DNA of 64,000 nucleotides from Eledone cirrhosa (Eukaryota): NCBI GenBank assembly GCA_964016885.1, contig OZ024755.1, positions 11,470,001 to 11,534,000 of the forward strand, read 5' to 3'. Shown piece by piece: positions 27,749 to 40,558 of this stretch (position 1 is its first letter; each line of letters starts with the position of its first letter). The notes under the pieces were generated by a model. It saw only the letters and a program-made list of their open reading frames with translations, ran no database searches and was not told where the DNA came from. The position numbers and the translations under genes were made by a program.

Positions 27749-27909
27749 ATGCAATGTGTCCGAACACGGAGGAGCCGAATTCCCACTGTCATCGCCACCA
27801 TCTTTCTCGCCCTCCTCATCTCTCTGTATTGTGAGCAAAAGTGGTCCCACGTGCTGGCCGCCTCACAGCCCCGGCGGACAGAATGGAGAAGGCGTTTCCC
27901 TGGAAGATG
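27749..27909 (+). CDS. Candidate exon encoding a signal-peptide-bearing N-terminus of an unknown small secreted or membrane protein
   Basis: GC-rich non-repetitive island translating MQCVRTRRSRIPTVIATIFLALLISLYCEQKWSHVLAASQPRRTEWRRRFPGR (basic n-region, hydrophobic core, VLA-A). It ends at donor TG|GTAAG (phase 2). Confidence 0.5.
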
Positions 27910-29014
27910 GTAAGGGAGATGCTCTGGAAGAGCTATTCCATCTCGCAAATATGACTGATTATTGGATTAAGACATAATATGTTGTTGTTATTTCATTTCC
28001 GAAATATAAAATATAAGGAAAAACTTCATACTGTCGATTTATTTTACTTTTCTATTTTCACTCTTGTATCTCTAACGTACCAGCTTTCCCCCAAAGCAAT
28101 CCTAACCACATATCCCACATAGATTCGTATATAAACTATATTATTATTTTCATACGGGGGTCGATAAAATAAAGTACCAGTAATGCACTGGTTAATTGCT
28201 GGCCTTGTGCCAAAAGTAAAAACAATTATTTTGGTTACTATTTCGTCATTCTGTTATATTATTTACTCGCATTTCTATAAGACTTACAAAGGCTAAATTG
28301 ATTATCGTTGATCATATCTTTGCGAAATCAGGACTGCCCTGGGGCTATACAACAACAGCAACTGCACAGACGCACAATAATTCCTTATTTCTCTCTCTCA
28401 CCTTTCTAACACACACACACCATTCCACACACTTTCAATATGTCTCACTTAACACATTCTCGAGTGTTATTTATTTTCTCTTTCACATAATCAACTTGAT
28501 GACATTCTATCAATTTCTACTCCGTGTCATCACCACCACTTCCACCCCAACCCACTCAGCCCCATATCATCACCAACATTACCCACTACTACATCACGTA
28601 CAGTAGACATCATCATCATCGCTACCACCACTAACAACATCACATCATCACCTCCACCGACACTATATCATCATCATCATCACCACTACGAAGACAGACA
28701 TTTTCACAAGCTTAACCCATCGCCAGCAATTTATCAGCTTTATAGCGTTCCGACATGCCTTACTGCCAAAACCCCAGTAAACACCATTACTGAGCCATAA
28801 GTAGGAGGAAGAATGTTAATGGACAAAGAAAAGTAAGTTGTGCCCTGTTGTTTTTCACTGAACATTTTTTCGGGGGTAAATAAATAGGTAATTTATCAAA
28901 ATCATCATCATCATCGTCGACGCTCGAACCGTCATCATAATCATCGTCATTGCCATGGTCTTCATAATCGCTGTCATCAACCTCAAACAATCATCGTCTC
29001 AATTGTCACCATTA

Positions 29015-29422
29015 TTATTTAGCTTTAACTTTCATACATACGGGGTCGATAAAATAAAGTACCAGTAATACACTGATATAATTGCTGGCCTTGTGTCAAA
29101 AGTAGAAACAATTATTATTTAGCTTTAACTTTCATCCTTACGGGGTCGATAAAATAAAGTACCAGTCACACACTGCATCGATTTAATCGACTTTCCCCTC
29201 CGCCATTAAATTTACTGGCTTTGTGCCTAAATCAGATGGATTGGCAGTATCGGTAGAGGGTCGGACGCCATGCTTTCCAGCATAGTTACGTCCCTTTACG
29301 ATCTGAGTTCAAATCCCGCCGAGGTTAACTTTGCCTTTCATCCTTACGGGGTCGATAAAATAAAGTACCAGTAATGAACTGGGTATTTGCTGGCCTTGTG
29401 CCTAAAGTAGAAACACTTATTA
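29015..29422 (+). mobile_element. SINE family 1 cluster (two 5'-truncated copies plus one full copy)
   Basis: Matches the family consensus. Confidence 0.85.
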
Positions 29423-30599
29423 CTGAACAAATCGTAGGGCGGTGTGTAGCCTGAGCCATTAGAATTCTGGACAAAATGTTTTGTGATATTTTAGTTACGA
29501 ATCTTTACGTTCTGGGTTCAAATCTCGTTAAATACTCGAAGCATGAGAGAGAGAGAGAGAGAGAGGGGAGGAATGATTGCGTGCGTCTGAAGTTGGTGGT
29601 GTTGTACAGCCCCAGAACAGTCCTGAGGTCAACTTTGCTTTTAATCCTCCCGGATTCGATATAATTGACTTTCTCCACCCCTTACCCCCAACGAATTGCT
29701 GGCCTTGTGTGGAAAGAAGAAACTATTAGTAAAAGCAATCCATGGGTGATAGAGTGGCAGAATCGTTAGAGCGTCAAGCCAATGCCTTGTGACAAAGATG
29801 GCCGTTTGAATTACAGGTATAGTCAAGCCTTCAGCTTTCTAACTGGTTTACGTCTACCCAATTTCACTTAAAAAGTTAGGGTCGACCCGAGGCTACGGTA
29901 AATATCTCTTTCACAAGATACTAGAGCATGGTCGAATCTGGAACTTAATACATGCGAAGCGAACTTCTCCACTACATATATATACATACCCAAGCCAAAG
30001 TGAGGGAAGTAGGTATGAGATGAGTGCGATTCACATTCAAATTCATTTCCCTTATGTCGTTGATACCTGTCAGTAATAAAAGGTAAACATGTTCCATTTA
30101 TCATTCCAGTATTCCAACAACATCCGAGATAATCATCCATTGATTAATACTTCTTATCATGCAAGGGAAAATTATTAATGAATATAATACTGTCACTTCT
30201 ATACTTACTAAATGTAGTACTGAGCACTATTATAACATTACCACATGACACAGAGATCACCTCATACATTACAAAACGTTTATACAAACAACATAAGTAA
30301 TATTATATATATAACATTAATCGATTTTAATTGAGAATTTGAAATCATTAATCACAAGCTGTGTACGATATACTATAAAATCATTTTTTTTTCTTTTATT
30401 AGTTTCTCCATTTGTCTTCGTTTATTTTATAAAATATAGACGTTAGAGATGAACATCTTTTTTATCATAAATAGATCAGGAATCGGTTAGACGATAGTTT
30501 CCCCTCCTTAGACACGGAGGCACCAAAAGCGGTCAAAGACTGCTTGTAGTTGATCTCATAATTGCCCTTAGTTGATCTCATAATTGCCCTGTGTTCCAG

Positions 30600-30783
30600 G
30601 AATTACTATATTCCTTGCCTATATTATTGTTGGTGGACTAAGAAGAATAAACTCGAAGTCGATTTCAAAATCCTATTTTCTCACGGTGAAATCTATCCCT
30701 CCTCACCACCAGACGTCTGGAAAACTAGAGTTACGAAGGATTATTCAAATGAAATCACCCAGCTAGGAATCAAACCGACGTAA
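30600..30783 (+). CDS. Candidate terminal exon joined to 27749-27909
   Basis: Acceptor ccctgtgttccAG|G. The phase matches the upstream donor and gives (W)NYYIPCLYYCWWTKKNKLEVDFKILFSHGEIYPSSPPDVWKTRVTKDYSNEITQLGIKPT-stop, 114 aa in total. The joining is inferred. Confidence 0.3.
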
Positions 30784-31468
30784 ACACGCACTTTCCGAGT
30801 ATTTACCACGGCTTACCAGCACTTGTTTGTACATACGTGCACACACATGTATCTGTACACGTGTGTGTGTATGTGTGTTTGCGTTTAACTGCTCCGTATA
30901 ACGTATAATATACACATCTTCATCTCAGATTTGCTTGAACAGTGTGACATTGACACAAAGGGAAATCTTTAAACAGTTTCTGTTACGTTGGTGAGGAGGG
31001 GTGAGTGTCCTTTTGATTTCCCCAATGTGTATATAAAAATTGTATTTGTGTGTGTGTATGTGTTTGTTTTCATGCTGAACACTGCATGTACGCTAATATA
31101 TTTACATACAACTATTGAGTGAGAGGAACACAAAGAGAGAAAAAAGGGAGAAGAGGAGAAGGGGTGGAGTAAGAGAAGGGAGACAAGAGTCAAAGAGGAA
31201 AACAGATCCGTAAAAGTCACTGATTTAAAATACGGGTGGCTGCCTGAGAAGTTAGACCACACAGGTAGATGATAGAAGATTCGAAGTACATACAACTAGA
31301 TAGATAAACCGAAATACTGTCAGACCGACTGACAGAACTCGACAATTAGACTGACAGACATACAGATGGACAAGAACAGCCAACGACATATTTCACAAGA
31401 ATCAGATTAACCCCTTCGCTACCAAACTACTTGAAACCACCTCTGGTTCTATAGTACAAAAGTGTTTA

Positions 31469-31518
<50 letters not shown>

Positions 31519-31839
31519 AAGTATGAAGAGTAACATGGTTGGCTGTACAATAAGGGGCGGTACAATTTCAGGTATTGACAATTGTTTCATTGATCAGGTG
31601 AGTCTAGAGGCCGCTAATCGCTCGAAGTTGCGTCACTCGATCTCCATTACATTATTTACCTCTGACCAACACCTCAGAATACAACCTCTAACTGGATTAC
31701 CTATAACGATAACTTGTTACCCCATATATATATATAATATATATATAATAGGCGGTTCAGTAGATTCATGAAACGGTTGTAACTGTGTGTAATCAATAAA
31801 GACAATGTGAAACCTCGCTTGGTTTTCAATATATATACG

Positions 31840-31878
<39 letters not shown>

Positions 31879-32619
31879 CATCGCCCTCACTACTAGAATG
31901 GTGGTTGTGGTGGTGGTGAGGATTTTAACAAGAAATATGTTACCTTATTCCTAATACGTATTCGTAATGAAATACGTAGCTTGTTATGTTCAAATTTCGA
32001 ATAGAAATTGTAATTAGCTGGTATTTAGAACATAATTTGATTCTTTCATTACTATTTTCTAACGAAATACACCCGCCGACTATTTTTCAAATAATTTTGA
32101 AAATATAAATTTGGAGGGCTTTAGTTATATAACTAACTATTAAACTGATGTTTGGAACATAACCTAAAAGGTTCTTACATAAAATGATGACGTAATTCAT
32201 TTTCTATAAATACAAATACTTTGAAACAAACAGTTTTGCATGATAGAATGAAGAGCGGTTTTAGTGGGCTTGCTATCAAAAGACTTGACGCTTTTGATAT
32301 ATATCTCAACTGTATCCAATTTTCTCGTGCGGTTCAACAAATATTATTATAAGAAGATATAAACCTACATAGATTTTACTCATTCACGTTGATTAAGTAA
32401 TCCCTGCCCGTTGTGAGCTTTTATTGACTTTTTGTCTTTGTAGTTCATATTTTAATACCCCAGATGATAAAATGTTAAGGTTTTTACAAGGTTACTGAGG
32501 ATAACGCAGTGTTTTGACTGGACACATTTCACCAAAGAGAAGAGAATAAGTGGTTCCCAAAACAGAGAAGAGTCAGAAATTAAGTTTCCAAACCTCAGTT
32601 AGAAATGATCATATATGTA

Positions 32620-33020
32620 CACGTTTCAAAAATGATGGAAATAGAGCCAATGAAGAGAAATGGTTGGGCCATGTATTGAGGAAGGATGAACGATGGATAT
32701 TTTGAAAAGAAATGGAATAATCTGTTTGGGTCATGTGTTGAGAAAGGATGAAACTGTTTGGATGAGAGGGATAGAACCAGTAATTAATGTTGTGTGAAGG
32801 GGAATGGGATGGTTTGGTCATGTGTTGAGGAAGGATGAACGTGACTAGGTGAGAGGAATAGAGCCACTGATGAAAGAGAAGTGGAATGAGATAATTGGGT
32901 CATATGTTAAGGAAGGGTGAAAGAAACTGGGTATGAGGAGAGATGCAAATGAATATGGAAGAAATTAGAGAAAGGGGAAGATAAACAAAGACATGGTTAA
33001 ATATAATGGCAAAGGAAATG
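32620..33020 (+). mobile_element. Degenerate RTE-like LINE 3' fragment
   Basis: Encodes (K)WLGHVLRKDE-type motifs followed by an RGR..KTW-like segment. Confidence 0.55.
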
Positions 33021-33641
33021 ACAAAGCTTGTCGTGGATCTCGCAAACTTTACAACCCCTTAAGAAGAATGGTCTTAAAACGCTTCTTATTATTACCTTCA
33101 AACCCACCTCTAAATGAAGCTCAATAAATTGTTTCTAATGAAGTCACATCTGAAGCAAAAATGCAATAAGAGCATCCCTCAATGACAACATCGATCAGAA
33201 GAGGAGTCATAGTAATTTTGAAGCATGGCCTTTATCTTCTTTATTTTGGTATACCTGTTCTCAGAATCATGCCCAGTGTTTACATTTCCTTCATACCATC
33301 GTTCATTTTAATATCAGGAAAACATTTATTCTAAATTTCAGTAGTAGATCTGTTGCTAAATGTTTTTGAAGAGGTTTTAGTTTATTCTAGAAATTAATGT
33401 TATGTAATAGAGTACTAACACTAATATTCATAACATCAGAAAATATTTCATGACTTTAAGCCATATTACAAACTACAACCAATCTAACTTCTGTAGAAAA
33501 ATAACTTTGGTTATTTCCAATTAGAGACCAGGTTATTTTGTTTGCTATTAAGTTACATTTTGACATTTTCATTCTCCTTCTTCGTAGTTCTAAAGTATTC
33601 ACTAATCCATTAGTCACAAAAGCAGATGTGATTTTCAATGC

Positions 33642-33968
33642 TTAACCCTTTAGGTAAGAAACCAAACAGAGACCGTCCCTATTTTTACAATAAAACTTAA
33701 TGTTTTCAAGTATTTCCATTTATGTAAAAAGATTCCATCATAATCTTATATAAGAACCATTTTTTAAATTGTATTACTAAACCTCGCTAAATTCTGGATT
33801 AATCTCAAAATATTTCGAATATCATACTAATTTTATGTAAGAACCTTCGTTAAGTTACATTATGTTCCAAACATCAGCTTTAAAATTAGAACATATGAGA
33901 ATGTTAGTTTGAAACAAAAAGGCTGTCTTTCATTAGAAATGAGGTAACTTTGGTAACGAAAGGATTAA
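33642..33968. mobile_element. piggyBac-like MITE relic
   Basis: TTAA|CCCTTT ... GGTAACGAAAGGA|TTAA. Related copies at 50298-50542 and about 13228-13439, with fragments near 31407, 32250 and 48830-49075. Confidence 0.55.
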
Positions 33969-34460
33969 AACATTTTCCTTTTTTTAGCTATCGGCTCTGA
34001 ATCTCTTTTCCAGAAATACAATTTTACTTACCTCATCCCTCCGCTTAAGATCCTGTGGGTATAGGGTTTTAGAGAAAATAGCAGTGAAACCGAATTTGTT
34101 TTCGCGAGCCGCATAAAATTAATTTGAGAGTCACAAGCAGTTCAAGAGTCACTATTTAGCTTCTGTTGACATAAACACTTGACCATTTCTCATGTACCCG
34201 TACACACACAACGATTAAGTAATTGATTCCGACCAGAACATATAATTCGCACATTGGTTGTCGTATATCTTGAGATTTACATTAATAGATTCTAAGACTT
34301 AGAAGAAACTGAGCAGTTACACGTGGCGACGAGCAATATACAGAATCACAGCTACCTTTAAGACTAAGAGCCGCATTATTGAATCCTAAAGTATCATAGT
34401 TCTTTACGTATTTGTATAATTAAATATATAATAATTTCCCAGCATCGTAGAGAGGATGGT

Positions 34461-34488
34461 ATGACGTCATAACCTGTCACGTGATTGG
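34461..34488. promoter_or_regulatory. Candidate enhancer/promoter module: CRE + E-box + inverted CCAAT
   Basis: ATGACGTCAT 34461-34470, GTCACGTGA 34476-34484, ATTGG 34484-34488 in locally CpG-rich sequence. Confidence 0.35.
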
Positions 34489-36514
34489 GCCTGCCCGACG
34501 CAGACATTCTCAATCAGTCATGAGTCCAACAGAGGACATAATATATGCGAGGACCAAATGAAATGAACCTCCGTCGATTTCAACGATCAGTTTTGTAATT
34601 GTTCGACCAATGCAACAGCCTGCTCATGAAATTAAAGTGGAAGTGGCTAACCATTTCAGAGGCACACAGAGTATGACAAGCTTGGACCTTTGAATTACAT
34701 CCGACGGACTTTCAAACGGACATTAGCTAACGAAGGGCCACCTTGATCATACCAATCCACATTTTCAACTGTCCACCTATTTCCTCTTTTACACCACACC
34801 GGGAAGGGCTCTGGTGTAACTACCTCACCGATGAATTAGTCATTAGAATTACCTGTTAGCTTCCTCTTCAATAATGTCTCGTATGTCAAAGGCACCTGGC
34901 ATATAACTACGTTAGATAAATTAACTTTTTTTTAAAAATTCTAAATGTTTCAGTTATGTTTCACTAAAGTATTCATTTTAATTACCTGTCATAGTAAGTG
35001 ATGTTTAATGGGATTTGCAGGTACGAAGAAGAAAACAATGATATATATCAGCTATTCTGCGCATCCAGATATATCATTAATCATTTTAATACCGATGCAC
35101 CTGAGGCCCTTCCATTGTTATGTTATAAAGCCTCCCATCTGAAAATGTTCATATTTAAGTTTAAATTGCTATTCATCATTTTTATCTCGGAATATTTTGT
35201 TATGTTGCAAACACCAGGCTACTAAAAACAAAGTTTACTAAATCCTTCCACATTTTAATTTTGAAAATTTATTGTAAAAAAAATGGAAAGGAGCTGATCG
35301 TTAGATCAGACCAATGAAACTGTGTTTCTGTTGGTCTTTCCATTGCTAATACTAACTGACGGTTAGCAATGTGAAAAAAGTATTTTAAAAAAGAATATAA
35401 CGTGCCGTTCCGCCCCGCCCAGTAATCGAATGTTCGGCTTTATGAAAACACAAATCAGTTGAAAGAAGGTGGGTCAAGTACACACTGTCCGACATAATGA
35501 CGCAACAACGGCTCTATCGCAGTTTAGATATCTTTACAGCTAAGCATTAAAACATAAATTTAATTCAAGGTACATGTATATTGCCTAGACTATTATGCAA
35601 CGAAACAGAACCCCAAATCCCGTGGTTACCTTAACTACACAATAAAACTTTTTTATTTTTGATTCCTTTCTAACACAATCTGTTACTGAAAATATGAAGA
35701 TATCATAGAGAAAACCAATGTCATAAACAGAATTTCATCGTTGAATCAAAAGGGTTAACATGTCATTTTACCATGCAGTGACCTCATTAGCTTATAAGTT
35801 GTACTTTGGTGAAATAAAACAGTAGGTTCGGTTCAACTGTCTGATATACTGAGCAAGTCTCTGTACTATAGCTTCGAGTGGACCCAAGCTCCGTGAATGA
35901 AATTGGGTAGCAGGGAATTATTGAAAGTCAGTCGAATGACCAACAAGCCCTCTATCTGTTTAAATATTTAAATTATATTCAAAACCTAATATCTAAATTA
36001 TATTTAAGACCTAATATCTAAATCATATATCAGGTAAACGGGTCTTAGGCAACAGAACAGAACCCGAAATCTTGTGGTTACAAAGTAAAATCCTTAACCA
36101 TACAAGCAAACTTCATTTTTGGTTTCTTTGTAAACACAATCTGCTAGTTGAAACATGAAGATATGAAAGAGAAAAGCAATGTCATCGGGATTGAGTGGAA
36201 TATCTCTTTGAACACTGACAAAGACATGACAATGACTGAGCAAGGATACTGTCATGAAAGATCTAAGTTCCTTATAACATGTATGGACAATGGTGAAGAT
36301 ATCTGAAGGTGAAGAGAGAGTGTGTGTGTGTAGCGGGAGAGATGTGTAAAGGAGGGAAGAGAGAACTGTACAGCAAGAGAGATTGTCGTGTAAAGAAGAA
36401 ACAGAGAAAAAGTAAAAGAGAGAGAGAGAGAGAATGAAATCGAGTAGAAATTGTTAAAGGGAAGAAGTAGCACTGAAGATGTGGCAAAGAAGGAAATTGG
36501 GAAGAAGAAAATGT

Positions 36515-36975
36515 AAATGAAACAAATTAGGAAGGAGAAATGAAATAAATTAGGAAGGAGAAATGAAACAAATTAGGAAGGAGAAATGAAACAAATTAGG
36601 AAAGAGAAATGAAACAAATTAGGAAGGAGAAATGAAATAAATTAGGAAGGAGAAATGAAACAAATTAGGACGGAGAAATGAAACAAATTAGGAAGGAGAA
36701 ATGAAACAAATTAGGAAGGAGAAATGAAATAAATTAGGAAGGAGAAATGAAACAAATTAGGAAAGAGAAATGAAACAAATTAGGAAAGAGAAATGAAACA
36801 AATTAGGAAGGAGAAATGAAATAAATTAGGAAGGAGAAATGAAACAAATTAGGACGGAGAAATGAAACAAATTAGGAAGGAGAAATGAAACAAATTAGGA
36901 AGGAGAAATGAAACAAATTAGGAAGGAGAAATGAAACAAATTAGGAAAGAGAAATGAAACAAATTAGGAAGGAGA
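36515..36975. repeat. 23-bp minisatellite AAATGAAACAAATTAGGAAGGAG, about 20 copies
   Basis: Directly visible. Confidence 0.95.
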
Positions 36976-37189
36976 AGCGAAGAAAATGAAAATAAGAAGC
37001 AAAGACGATTAATGAAGGAAAGCGAGGGATGAAAACAGAAAGAGAGAGGGGGGTAGAAGAAGAGAGTGAATGAAAACAGCTAAGAAACACGAGTAGATAG
37101 AGACGGGGGATGAAAAAAACCGGCAAAGAGAGGGAATGAAAAAAACAGAGAAGAGAGGGAATGAAAAAAACAGAGAAGAGAGGGAGTGG

Positions 37190-38193
37190 ATACAAGAGAG
37201 AGAGAGAGAGAGAGAGGGGATACAGGAGAGAGGGGGGGATACAGGAGAGAGAGAGAGAAGGGGGATACAGGAGAGAGAGAGAGGGGGGATACAGGAGAGA
37301 GAGAGAGAGAGAGAGGCGGGGGATACATGAGAGAGAGAGAGAGAGAGGGAGGGAGGGGGGATACAGGAGAGAGAGAGAGGGAGGGAGGGGGGATACAGGA
37401 GAGAGAGAGGGAGGGAGGGGGGATACAGGAGAGAGGGAGGGAGGGGGGATACAGGAGAGAGAGAGGGAGGGGGGATACAGGAGAGAGAGAGCGGGGGGGA
37501 TACAGGAGAGAGAGGGGGGGATACAGGAGAGAGAGAAGGAAACAGAGGTGAAGAGAGGGAATGAAAAGAAAGAGATAGAGACGAAGGGGAAATAAAAAAG
37601 AGGAAAGAGAATGTGTGACTATATTAAAGTGTTTATGCTTAAGTTAGAATATGTACATGTTTCTATGTGTGTTGGTGTGTATGTGTGTTGGTGTGTATGT
37701 GTGTTGGAGTGTATGTGTGTTGGAGTGTATGTGTGTTGGAGTGTATGTGTGTTGGACTGTATGTGGGTTGGAGTGTATGTGTGTTGGTGTGTATGTGTGT
37801 TGGAGTGTATGTGTGTTGGAGTGTATGTGTGTTGGTGAGTATGTGTGTTGGAGTTTATGTGTGTTGGAGTGTATGTGTGTTGGACTGTATGTGGGTTGGA
37901 GTGTATGTGTGTTGGTGTGTATGTGTGTTGGAGTGTATGTATGAGTGTATGTGTGAGTGTATGTTGGAGTACATGTGTGTATGCATGTTGGTGCGCATGT
38001 GTGTGTCTGTTGGTGTGCATGTGTGTGTTTTTGTTGGTGTGTATGTGTGAGTGTATGTTGGTGTGAGTAAGTGTATGTTGGAGTCCATGTGAGTGTGTCT
38101 GTTGGTGTGCATGTGTGTGTATGTCTGTTGGTGTGCATGTGTATGTGTGTGTCTGGTGTGCATGTGTTGGTGTACATGTGTGAGTGCATGTTG

Positions 38194-38273
<80 letters not shown>

Positions 38274-38710
38274 GAAATACCATCCATTATATAGTAGAGT
38301 TCATAGATGATAGAAAAAAGTGGTGGTGGTGGCGGCGGCGGTAAAGTGGTACTAGTGGTGACGGTGGTAGTAGTGGTGGTGGTGATACTAGTGGTGGTAC
38401 TAGTGGTGGTGGTGGTACTGGTGGTGGTGGTGGTGGTAGTAGTGGTGGTGGTGGTACTGGTGGTGGTGGTGGTACTGGTGGTGGTGGTACTAGTGGTGGT
38501 ACTGGTGGTGGTGGTACTAGTGGTGGTACTAGTGGTAGAGGTACTGGTGGTGGTGGTACTAGTGGTAGAGGTACTGGTGGTGGTGGTACTAGTGGTGGTG
38601 GTGGTACTAGTGGTGGTACTAGTGGTGGTGGTACTGGTGGTGGTGGTACTAGTGGTGGTGGTGGTACTAGTGGTGGTACTAGTGGTGGTACTAGTGGTGG
38701 TGGTGGGTGA
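37190..38710. repeat. Compound simple repeats: GGGGGATACAGG(AG)n, 16-bp GTGTTGGAGTGTATGT, (GT)n, (GGT)n/GGTACTAGT
   Basis: Directly visible. Confidence 0.9.
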
Positions 38711-38814
38711 AATATAGAGGGAAAGTGTAAGGTGTATGTGATGGGAGTGTATGTAGTAGGGAGGGGTGAGATGTATTTGAGCGTGAGAAGAAACTTGTAT
38801 GAATGTGTTTTATT

Positions 38815-39191
38815 CCACTTTAGGCACAAGGCCAGCAATTACCCAGTGCATTACTGGTACTTTATTTTATCGACCCCGTAAGGATGAAAGGCAAAGTCAA
38901 CCTCGGCGGGATTTGAAGTCAGATCATAAAGGGAGGTAACCCTATGCTTCAAAGCATGGCGCCCGACCCTTTACCGATACTGCCAATCCACCGCCATTAT
39001 GGTCGGTGGATTGGCAGTATCGGTAGAGGGTCGGACGCCATGCTTTCCAGCATAGTTACGTCCCTTTACGATCTGAGTTCAAATCCCGCTGAGGTTGACT
39101 TTGCCTTTCATCCTTACGGGGTCGATAAAATAAAGTACCAGTAATGCACTGGGTATTTGCTGGCCTTGTGCCTAAAAGTAGAAACAATTAT
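38815..39191. mobile_element. Head-to-head pair of SINE family 1
   Basis: Minus copy about 38815-38993 and plus copy about 39005-39191. Confidence 0.88.
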
Positions 39192-39597
39192 GGTATTTAA
39201 CAAATTTATTTATAATAGATTCGAAGCACTCTACAATATTTCTTCTGGTGTATAATATCTATGATATTAATGTATATATACAGTATATATATATATATTA
39301 TTATCATAGATATATATGTGTGTGTGTGTGTGTATGTGTGTATGTGTATATATGTGTGTGTGTATATATATATACACATTAATATAGATATATATATGTG
39401 TATGTGTGTGTGTATATGTATGTGTATATATATATATGTGTGTGTGTGTGTGTATATGTATGTGTGTATATATATATATGTGTGTGTGAGTGTGTATGTT
39501 TGTGTGTGTGTGTATATCTGTGTGTGTGTGTATATATGTGTGTGTATTTTTGTGTGTGTGTGTATATATATATATAGAGAGAGAGATATGTGTGTGT

Positions 39598-39673
<76 letters not shown>

Positions 39674-39700
39674 ATATATATATATATATATATACGTATG

Positions 39701-39869
39701 TCCCGGGTTGAGTCGGGGATAACCACAGTAAGTAAGGTACTCAATACATGGCAGAGTAAAATTTTTTTATTTTATAGAAGGAGCTTCTACAGGACTAGTA
39801 CTGTTTCATTCAGATTTCATCTGAATGAAACAGTACTAGTCCTGTAGAAGCTCCTTCTATAAAATAAAA

Positions 39870-39872
<3 letters not shown>
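39701..39872. mobile_element. (TA)n-embedded fold-back element family C
   Basis: Arms of about 45 bp around a 3-nt loop at 39816-39818. Carries GAAA-CAGTACTAG-TC. Confidence 0.75.
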
Positions 39873-39919
<47 letters not shown>

Positions 39920-40526
39920 GCATCTGTGTAGAGATGAGCAAAGAAGTTATATTCTGTTTAAAAGATCACCATCAAACAGAATAAGGAACGATGTTCATAA
40001 ACTGTGGAGGAGATGAATGTATGGGTGGTGTGGTGGTGGTGGTGTGGTGGTGGTGGTGGTGGTGGTGGTGTGGTGGTGATGGTGTGGTGGTGATGGTGGT
40101 GGTGTGGTGGTGGTGATGGTGTGGTGGTGATGGTGGTGGTGTGGTGGTGATGGTGGTGGTGTGGTGGTGGTGTGGTGGTGGTGTGGTGGTGGTGTGGTGG
40201 TGGTGGAGAGGTGGTAGTAGTGTGCTAGTGGTAGTGGTGGTAGTGAGGTAGTGGTAGTGGTGAGGTAGTGATGGTGTGGGGTGGTGGTGAGGTGGTGATG
40301 GTGTGGTAGTGGTGATTGAGTGTGTGTGTATGTGTATGCATGTATAAGAATGAGTGTTTGTGTGTTACGTGTGTGTGTGTGTGTGAATACGTATGTTTTT
40401 ATGTGTGTGAGAATGAGTGTTACGTGTGTGTGTGTGTGTGTGTGTGGCAATGTGGGAAGGTGTGATCATAAACTAAGGAGAAATGTGAAGGGTATGTAGG
40501 TTGTAGTGAGGTGTGGCTAAGGTATA

Positions 40527-40558
<32 letters not shown>

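Noticed and set aside
33095-33150. Minus-strand AG..GT segment reading DVTSLETIY, faintly like SDR CDVS..EEVY
   Set aside because: In-frame stop follows immediately and similarity is too short.
38287-38838. Proline-rich / valine-rich ORFs
   Set aside because: (GGT)n-derived simple repeat.
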